From Planctomycetota bacterium (GTDB lineage: Bacteria; Planctomycetota; B15-G4; SIAN01): a stretch of DNA of 64,000 nt. The stretch covers positions 320,001-384,000 of the forward strand of contig JANNXA010000055.1 of NCBI GenBank assembly GCA_031409275.1, in the 5' to 3' direction. The notes beneath the pieces are model-generated. The model ran no database searches. It had not been told where the DNA came from and saw only the letters and a program-made list of their open reading frames with translations. Made by a program: the position numbers and the translations under genes. This document shows positions 17,588-24,705 of the stretch, piece after piece (the stretch's first letter is position 1; every line of letters begins with the position of its first letter).

Positions 17588-19203
17588 AACGTCGGCGGAT
17601 CGTCGTCGTCGTCGCTGTCGTCCTCGCCCGGCCGGCCCGCGCCATCGCGCGCGTCCTGCGGCGGTGCCCCCCCGCCTGCAGCACCGTGACGCCGCCGCAG
17701 CTCTTGCGCGAATGCCTCCACCTTCTGCCGCAGCCGCAACGCCTGGTAGGCGCTGGCGTGCGGCGGAAAGAGACGCGTATCCGCTTGCAGCAACATCGAG
17801 CAGAGGGCGAGCCGCAGCGCATCGGCCGGCTTCTCGACGCCGATCGCCTCGCGGATGCGATTGCCGACGCCCTTCCACCCCGGGTAGATCGGCAGCCCCT
17901 CCACCTCCGCGGGCGCCTTCCAGCCGGCCGCTTTGCGCAGGCGGCGCAGGCACATCGGATCGAGCAGCGGATCGACTCCCTGCAGCTTGTGGCCGGCCGC
18001 TTCGACCGCCAGGACGTCCACCCCCGCGATCACCGTCCCGAGGCGATGAACTTGCGGAGCGTCGGGCGCCTGTGGATCGAGAGCGCGCAGCACTTCGTAG
18101 GGGAAGACCCCGGCCGCCGCGCCGTCGCGCGAATGGACGGCGTCGATCAACGCGAAGTGGACCGGCAACTTGTCGAGCAGCGCCAAGGTCAGGTCGCCCG
18201 CATCGACCCCGTATTCGAGCGAGACGAGGTCGGTCGGCGTCGCCAGCGTGTGCCAGACGTTCCAGAGCGCCAGCGCGGGCCCCCAATGCTCGTCGGTTCG
18301 GTTCTTCGCGAAGACGATGCGGAAGTCGGCCTGCTTCCAGTAGCGACCTGTCGCCCGTTTGCCGAGCGCACCGACGTCGACCGGTTGCAACTCGTCTGCG
18401 AGATCGCGCAGTTCGTAGCACGACTCGTCGTAGCCGAGCGCCGCGCCAACTTGCTTGACCGAGCGGCGCGACAGATAGCGCGACAACTCGCCGCGCGTCT
18501 CCACGACGCGCAGGATGCGGAAGCCGCGATCGAGCAGTCCGTTGAAGAGTTGCGCGACGAGCTTCGGATCGACGTAGCTCACCGGCTCGGCCTCTTTGCG
18601 CACGCCGCGCATGAAGTCGACCTTGCAGACGACTTCGAAGAGCTCGCGACGCTTGCCCGACTTGAGCTGCGCATTCTCGACCGCTTCGTAGAAGCCGGAG
18701 TGCTTCAGCGTCTCGCCGAAGACCTTGGTCGCGTCTTCGCCGCGTGCGACGACGAATGGCCGCGGAGCGCCGCGAACGATGGGCGCGGGCGGCAGCGTCA
18801 CGAAGGGGGCAGACGCCGCCGCGGCGGGCACGCGAATCGGCGCCGGTGTTGGAACGGCAGGAGCGGCGGCGGGCGGCGGCACGGCGACGCGCGAGGTCGG
18901 CGCCGCGCGCTGGACCGCTCGGGTCTTCGGCGCCGGCCGCGAATCCTCTTCGTCGTCTTCTTCTTCCGTGTCGTCGTCGGCGTCGTCGGCATCCTCGGAC
19001 GCGTGAGCATGAGCGGCAATCGGTCGCTCGTCCGACTCGTCATCGTCGCCGTCGCCGCTCGCGTCGCTGGCCGCAACATCGACCTCGTCGTCGCTGCTGC
19101 TCGCCCGCGCCTTGCGCTTGGGGGCCGCGGCTTTCGCGGGTCGCTTGGTGCTCTTGGGAGCGGCGCGACTCGACGATGAACTCGCCTTCTTGCGGGTGGC
19201 CAT
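17581..19203 (-). CDS. DUF362-like protein with long basic/acidic disordered N-terminus
   Basis: K/R-rich then D/E-rich N-terminus; core VVCKVDFM..YVDPKLV..L..GF..LRVVE..ADFRIVFAKNRT..FALIDA resembles DUF362. Confidence 0.55.
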   Translation of the reverse strand: MATRKKASSSSSRAAPKSTKRPAKAAAPKRKARASSSDDEVDVAASDASGDGDDDESDERPIAAHAHASEDADDADDDTEEEDDEEDSRPAPKTRAVQRAAPTSRVAVPPPAAAPAVPTPAPIRVPAAAASAPFVTLPPAPIVRGAPRPFVVARGEDATKVFGETLKHSGFYEAVENAQLKSGKRRELFEVVCKVDFMRGVRKEAEPVSYVDPKLVAQLFNGLLDRGFRILRVVETRGELSRYLSRRSVKQVGAALGYDESCYELRDLADELQPVDVGALGKRATGRYWKQADFRIVFAKNRTDEHWGPALALWNVWHTLATPTDLVSLEYGVDAGDLTLALLDKLPVHFALIDAVHSRDGAAAGVFPYEVLRALDPQAPDAPQVHRLGTVIAGVDVLAVEAAGHKLQGVDPLLDPMCLRRLRKAAGWKAPAEVEGLPIYPGWKGVGNRIREAIGVEKPADALRLALCSMLLQADTRLFPPHASAYQALRLRQKVEAFAQELRRRHGAAGGGAPPQDARDGAGRPGEDDSDDDDDPPTFL

Positions 19204-19488
19204 CCGTTTTTCTCGGGCCTCGTGCGGCCCCAAACCGGGGCAGTGGCGTCGTCGGCGGGCGCGGTCCCGCCATGGACCGCCACCCAAGACGCATGAAGCG
19301 AATCGACCTCGCTTCGCTCGCGGGGGAAGCCCCGCGGCTTGGAACCGACGACCGGCAGAGGTCTAAAGCCTGCCCCGGGGCGAAGCAAGAGGGCGCGCGC
19401 GTCGATGCGCTCACCCGACGCGCCGGAGCGTCCGCGCGAGGCGGCGTATCGTGCTTCTCCCCGATCGAGGCGCCTGGCGGACTCCCTC

Positions 19489-21183
19489 ATGCTCAACCTG
19501 CTGTCGATGAGTTTGACACTCGCCTGCTCGCCGGTTGGCGGCGAGCGGCCGCCGACGCCGCGCGCCGTCGACGTGCTTTTCTTCGCGCCGCTCGTCCGGA
19601 CGGTCGACCCGACGCAACCGCAGGCGGAATTCGTCGCCTGGCGCGAAGGACGCATCGTGGCCGTTGGCACGCGCGCGCAGGGGGAGGCGTTGCGCGCGGT
19701 CGCTTCCCGCATCGAGGAGGGGCCGGCGGGCAGCTGCCTGATTCCCGGATTCATTGACAGCCACGCCCATCTCTTCGCGATCGGCCACGCGCGCCGTGAA
19801 CTCGACCTCACCGGCACGCGCTCCTTCGCCGAGGTCGTTGCACGCACGGGCGAACGGGCCGCACGATGGCCCGCGGGTCGCTGGATTCGAGGTCGCGGCT
19901 GGGACCAGAACGACTGGCCCGACCAGGGATTCCCCCATCACGCCGAACTGTCGGCGGCGACCCCCGACCATCCGGTCCTCTTGACGCGCGTCGATGGTCA
20001 CGCGGTTCTGGCCAATGCCCGCGCGCTGCGCCTCGCGGGAATCGACGAGCGCAGCGTGGCGCCGGCTGGCGGCGAGATCGTGCGCGACGCGCATGGCGTC
20101 CCGACGGGTGTTCTGATCGATCGCGCCGTCGATCTGGTGGCGTCGATCGTGCCGCCGCCCACCGCCGATGAAGAACGCGACGCGCTCGCAAACGCGCTTC
20201 AGGCGTGCGCCGAGAACGGAATCACCTCGTTGCACGACGCCGGTATCGGCCGCGAGCGGCTGGCGCTGCTGATGGAAAGGGCGATCGCAGGCAGTCTGAG
20301 CGTCCGCCTTCACGAAATGCTCGACGGCGACGACGCGGCGCTCCTCGACGAGTGGTTCGCGCGTGGCCCGTTCCACGATGCCGGCGGATTCCTCGACGTG
20401 CGCGCGGTCAAGCTCTACGCCGATGGAGCGCTCGGGTCGCGCGGCGCGTGGCTGCTCGACGACTACGCTGATCGGTCAGGCCACCGCGGACTCGCACTGA
20501 TCGAACGTGAAGCGTTGGTCACGATCGCACGGCGATCGCTGCAGGCCGGATTCCAGCTTTGCACTCACGCCATCGGCGATGCGGCGAACCGCATGGTTCT
20601 CGACGCCTACGAAGCGGCGCTGAAGGAGGTCGGCGCGCCGGCACGCGACCATCGCTTTCGCGTCGAACATGCGCAGCTGCTCACGCCGAGCGACGTGCCG
20701 CGTTTCGCCGCTCTCGGCGTGGTCGCGGCCATGCAAAGCTGTCACGCGACGTCGGACGCGCCGTGGGTCCCCGCGCGAATCGGCGTCGCTCGCGCCGAAC
20801 AGGAGGCGTATGTCTGGCGGAGCCTGATCGACGGCGGCGCGCGGCTGTGCAACGGCACCGATGCGCCGGTCGAGTCGTTGTCGCCGTTGCGCAACCTCGC
20901 CGCGGCGCAGACTCGCCGCGATCCCGATGGCCCGATCGGGAGCACGTCAGCGGCCTTCTTTCCGCAGCAGTGCCTGAGTGGCGAAGAGGCGCTCGCGAGC
21001 GCGACCGCCGCCGGCGCCTACGCCGCATTTCGCGAATCGGAGCTCGGCGTCCTGCGCGTCGGGGCCTGCGCCGACCTCGTGCTGCTTTCCTCCGATCCGA
21101 CGCGACTCGCCCCCGATTCGTGGCGATCCGTGAAGGTCCTGCGGACGGTCGTCGCTGGACGAACTGTCCACACGCTGGACTGA
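19489..21183 (+). CDS. YtcJ-like amidohydrolase (Amidohydro_3)
   Basis: PGFIDSHAH, GRGWDQ, RVDGH, KLYADGALGSRGA, HAIGD, RVEHAQ, GTDAPV, ADLVLL. Confidence 0.92.
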   Translation: MLNLLSMSLTLACSPVGGERPPTPRAVDVLFFAPLVRTVDPTQPQAEFVAWREGRIVAVGTRAQGEALRAVASRIEEGPAGSCLIPGFIDSHAHLFAIGHARRELDLTGTRSFAEVVARTGERAARWPAGRWIRGRGWDQNDWPDQGFPHHAELSAATPDHPVLLTRVDGHAVLANARALRLAGIDERSVAPAGGEIVRDAHGVPTGVLIDRAVDLVASIVPPPTADEERDALANALQACAENGITSLHDAGIGRERLALLMERAIAGSLSVRLHEMLDGDDAALLDEWFARGPFHDAGGFLDVRAVKLYADGALGSRGAWLLDDYADRSGHRGLALIEREALVTIARRSLQAGFQLCTHAIGDAANRMVLDAYEAALKEVGAPARDHRFRVEHAQLLTPSDVPRFAALGVVAAMQSCHATSDAPWVPARIGVARAEQEAYVWRSLIDGGARLCNGTDAPVESLSPLRNLAAAQTRRDPDGPIGSTSAAFFPQQCLSGEEALASATAAGAYAAFRESELGVLRVGACADLVLLSSDPTRLAPDSWRSVKVLRTVVAGRTVHTLD

Positions 21184-21456
21184 ATCGCGGCGAAACGGCC
21201 GTTCCCCGGCGATTTTCCGTGGCCGACGAAGTTCGGCCCGCGACTTCCTAGGACGGTCTCCTGCAACCCCTGACGAAACGCCGGGACTGGGCTAGCCTCC
21301 CGGCGCTCGCTTCGGACCAGTTCCGTCGACCGCGCACAGCCCGCGCGGAAACGTGCGATGCCGCTCCTGCGGCCCAACGTTCGGCGAACGTGGAACGGCG
21401 ATTCGTCGTGCAGGTTGCTCATCGCCTGAACGCGTCGAAGCGCCGCTCCGCGAGCC

Positions 21457-21489
21457 GCATGGAACCCCGTCGCCTCGCGGTCCGTCCAA
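21457..21489 (+). promoter_or_regulatory. Putative ECF-sigma promoter (GGAAC-N17-CGTC)
   Basis: GCATGGAAC-N15-TCCGTCCAA, 44 bp before the GTG start; closely resembles the motifs at 29199 and 31749. Confidence 0.5.
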
Positions 21490-21532
21490 CCTTGCTACGC
21501 CGTGTTTGGCACCCGGGAAGAGGAGAAAACGA

Positions 21533-24532
21533 GTGTCCGATTTCGCCCGAGCTCCGCTCGTGAAACTCGCCCTTGCGAGCGTCACGTGGCTCGCCTGGAC
21601 CCACGCCGCCTCTGCCCAGACGCGCGTTGGCTCGTTCGTTGACGGGGAACGGCCGATGTACCTCGAGGTCCCGCCATTCGTTGATGGACAGGCGATTCAC
21701 CTCGAACTGCGCAACGTGCCGGCGGGCGCGAAGGCTCCGCTGCTGATCTGGAGCCTAGGCACCGATCTGATCGACCTCACGCCGGCGGGCGTGCCCGGCT
21801 CGCTCGGCCCTGACCTCACCATGGGGTCGCTCGAGTCGATGGACGCGGTCAACTTCACTTACGACGACGTCATTCCGACCGGACTCGCCGGCACCACGGT
21901 CTATCTGCAGGCCTACGTGAAGCTCCCCGGCGGCATCGGGCGACTCAGCTCGATGACGGCCACGCGCATCATCAACGTCGGCGACGATCCCGGCACCGCT
22001 CCCACCGTCAAGTTCCCGTTGCCGGTCACGGTCAGCGAACTGCTCGCTCCAGGAACCGCAGGTTTCGATCGCACGCTCGAAGCGCTGCGCGTCGGCGTTC
22101 CGCTGCCGAAAGGGCACGTCCTCGAGTCGAACGGCATTCCGCAACTGACCGTGCTCGGCGGCGCCGGTGAGGCGCAGTTTTCGACGCTCGCGAAGTGGGA
22201 CGACGGCAGCGTCAAGTGGGCGCTTTGCGAATGGCGCACAAGCCTCACGGCAGGCACTTCATCGACGGCGTTCTCGATCGACAAAGGGGCCGGCAACTTC
22301 GGTGGCGCGAATCTCGCCACGACGAGCGGGACGACCATCACCGTCGACACTGGCTCGGTCAAGGTGACCTTCGATCCGACCAAGAACGACCTGTTCGACA
22401 GCTACGTCCGTAGCAGTCGCGAAGTCTTCGACACGACGAAAGGCAACGGCCCCCGTTTCTGGGACTCGGCCGACGTCGAGTGGACGTGGCACGAAACCGC
22501 CGCCACGTTGCGGCGCAACGGCCCGGTGCGCGCGGAGGTGCAGATCGATGGCGCCTTCACGCGCACCAGCGCCAGCGACGACGCCGATCGCCTCTACGTG
22601 CGCTTCTACGTCGAGCTGACGAAAGGCTCTGCGGCCGCGAAGGTGACCGTCTCGCTGCGCGACAGCGCGCTCTCTTTTCCCGAACACCTGCTCTATCGCG
22701 GATTCACGTTTCGCGCCTACTTGAATGAGACCGGCACGCTCGACGTACGCCTCCCCGAGACGTCGACCGACGGCCTGCCGCAGAACCTCTGGAGCGGCCA
22801 GCTCACCGCCAGCGGCGACACCGCGCTGTTCAACCAGGGGTTCGCGCGCCTCAAGAACGACGAACTCTGCTACGACCCTAACTGGTCGAACTTCGTGCCG
22901 CTGCTCGAGCGGTTCGGCAACGACGTCTTCGCGAGCGAGGGTGTCCAGGCACGCATCGGCGCGACCTACTTCACCGGCGACGTGACCACCGGCTACCGGA
23001 CCGGCGAGCGCGAGTTCGCCGACCCGACCTTCATCGAAGTCAACGCGTCGAATGGGCGCGGAGTGCTCATGGGCCTGCCCTATGCGCGCTACTTCTGGCC
23101 GATCGAGGTCGCGGCGGCAGGCGATGGCCGCTGCGAGGTCGGCATCCTGCCGCACAAGGATCCCGCCGACACCTACAACTACACGCTCACCTACGCGAGC
23201 GCCGAAACCCGCTTCTTCTGGATCATGCCCGAAGGCGCGAAGGCGGCCGACCCGGTCGCCACGGCGTTCCCGTTCGATGCCCCCCTCGCCGCGCGTGCCG
23301 ACACCTGGGTCTACAACCAGTCCGACGTCTGGCACTGGAAGCTGGTCACGAAGCCGGAAGTCGACACCTACTGCACGCTCTCCGGCCTGCGGAAGCCGGC
23401 CCCCTCTTCGACTGACGTCGTGCGCACGATCTACGAGTACTCGAACACCACCGGCGGCGGCAGCAACAACTGGGAGGAGACGCGACGCTTCTATCAGTGG
23501 CTGCGCTTGGGCCTCGGCGGTGCGGCAATCAACTCGTGGATGGAGGCGTACTACAAAGTCGACAAGATGCCGTGGATCATCGACGATGGCACCGTCAGCC
23601 AACGCGCCTCGGTCCGCAACAAGACGGCGGTCGTGACGAAGAAGGACGACTACTACAACAACTCGAAGCACACCTATTGGCAGGTCGTCCCGGACTGGGG
23701 CTTCTCGCACGGCGACACCTACCTGCTCGACAGCGGCCGTCACATGTCGGAAACGCTGCTCGACAGCACCATCTCAGGCAACGTCGAGCCGAACGGCAAC
23801 TTCGTGAGCGGGACCTACGGCGCGATCATCAACGCGGCCGTCGCGGTGCTCGACTACTACGAGGATCCCGCGCTCCAGGGCTGGGCGCATCAGATCGTCT
23901 ACGAGTGGACCAACATCGTCTTTCAGGTCGACAACAACTTCGGCGTCAACACCGACAAGCGCGGCTGGCAGGCGCCGATCGGGACACCGGCCGGCCAGGC
24001 CGCCAACCCGGACGGTTACATCGTCTCGTGGGACGCCGGCAAGTCCTCCGACAAGGCGTCCTACGGCTACACCACGCAAGGATGGACCGACATCCGCAAC
24101 GGCTCTCAGGCCTTCGAACGCTACGTTCATTACCTGCGCGAGCACGATCCGTCCGACCCGCTCCTCGGCGATCTGCTGGCGCGCGGCGAGGACTGGTACC
24201 ACTACGCCCACCGCTCGATCCGCGACGACTGGCAGCTGCTGACGGGCGACCTCTACATCATCGACGTGTTCCGCGGCGACGCGGGGAACCCGGTGGTCGA
24301 CCCCTTCGAGGAGCCCGGCTTCGACATCGAGCAGGACGACCAGATCGGCTACGCGTTGCAGTCGATCGTCAACTTGAAGCTCGAGAACGAGATCTCGGAG
24401 ACCGCCTTCTCGTACGGTGTCGAGATGCACCGCAGCATGAGCAAGGGCACCTACGACTCGTACATCAATGACCCGATCCTGAACGAGTTCATCTGGCGCT
24501 ACCTCGTCCACTACGGCCTGCTCAAGCCGTGA
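21533..24532 (+). CDS. Large secreted PcRGLX/YetA-like protein, paralog 1 (~999 aa)
   Basis: AGGAG RBS + GTG; signal peptide ending ASA-Q; RVGVPLPKG..QFSTLAKWDDGSVKWAL, TVDTG, NGPVRAEV as in PcRGLX N-terminal and beta-sandwich domains; W/Y-rich helical C-terminus. Confidence 0.65.
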   Translation: MSDFARAPLVKLALASVTWLAWTHAASAQTRVGSFVDGERPMYLEVPPFVDGQAIHLELRNVPAGAKAPLLIWSLGTDLIDLTPAGVPGSLGPDLTMGSLESMDAVNFTYDDVIPTGLAGTTVYLQAYVKLPGGIGRLSSMTATRIINVGDDPGTAPTVKFPLPVTVSELLAPGTAGFDRTLEALRVGVPLPKGHVLESNGIPQLTVLGGAGEAQFSTLAKWDDGSVKWALCEWRTSLTAGTSSTAFSIDKGAGNFGGANLATTSGTTITVDTGSVKVTFDPTKNDLFDSYVRSSREVFDTTKGNGPRFWDSADVEWTWHETAATLRRNGPVRAEVQIDGAFTRTSASDDADRLYVRFYVELTKGSAAAKVTVSLRDSALSFPEHLLYRGFTFRAYLNETGTLDVRLPETSTDGLPQNLWSGQLTASGDTALFNQGFARLKNDELCYDPNWSNFVPLLERFGNDVFASEGVQARIGATYFTGDVTTGYRTGEREFADPTFIEVNASNGRGVLMGLPYARYFWPIEVAAAGDGRCEVGILPHKDPADTYNYTLTYASAETRFFWIMPEGAKAADPVATAFPFDAPLAARADTWVYNQSDVWHWKLVTKPEVDTYCTLSGLRKPAPSSTDVVRTIYEYSNTTGGGSNNWEETRRFYQWLRLGLGGAAINSWMEAYYKVDKMPWIIDDGTVSQRASVRNKTAVVTKKDDYYNNSKHTYWQVVPDWGFSHGDTYLLDSGRHMSETLLDSTISGNVEPNGNFVSGTYGAIINAAVAVLDYYEDPALQGWAHQIVYEWTNIVFQVDNNFGVNTDKRGWQAPIGTPAGQAANPDGYIVSWDAGKSSDKASYGYTTQGWTDIRNGSQAFERYVHYLREHDPSDPLLGDLLARGEDWYHYAHRSIRDDWQLLTGDLYIIDVFRGDAGNPVVDPFEEPGFDIEQDDQIGYALQSIVNLKLENEISETAFSYGVEMHRSMSKGTYDSYINDPILNEFIWRYLVHYGLLKP

Positions 24533-24567
24533 CCTAGCGCGTCGCGAACGAACGAGAACGATCCTGA

Positions 24568-24613
24568 TTCCGCCCGTCGCCGGGAGAGTTCCGGCGGCGG
24601 GCGGAACCTTTTT
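24568..24613 (+). terminator. Intrinsic terminator after paralog 1
   Basis: 16-bp stem TTCCGCCCGTCGCCGG / CCGGCGGCGGGCGGAA (one G-U pair) followed by CCTTTTT. Confidence 0.85.
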
Positions 24614-24705
24614 CAGACCAGCCCACGCTTCAGAGCGAGCCTCCCGACACCGAACTCACTGCTCGACGGATTCGAGCACCTGGGGATTCGGAGGTCTGGA
24701 ACGAC

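Noticed and set aside
17554..19179. 541-aa plus-strand ORF opposite the DUF362-like gene
   Set aside because: Reads as the reverse complement of D/E tracts (VVFFFRVVVGVV); the minus-strand protein is more coherent.
19340..19368. GGAACC...GTCTAA sigmaE-like promoter before the amidohydrolase
   Set aside because: Spacer is about 2 nt too short for RpoE/AlgU consensus and differs from the local ECF motif.
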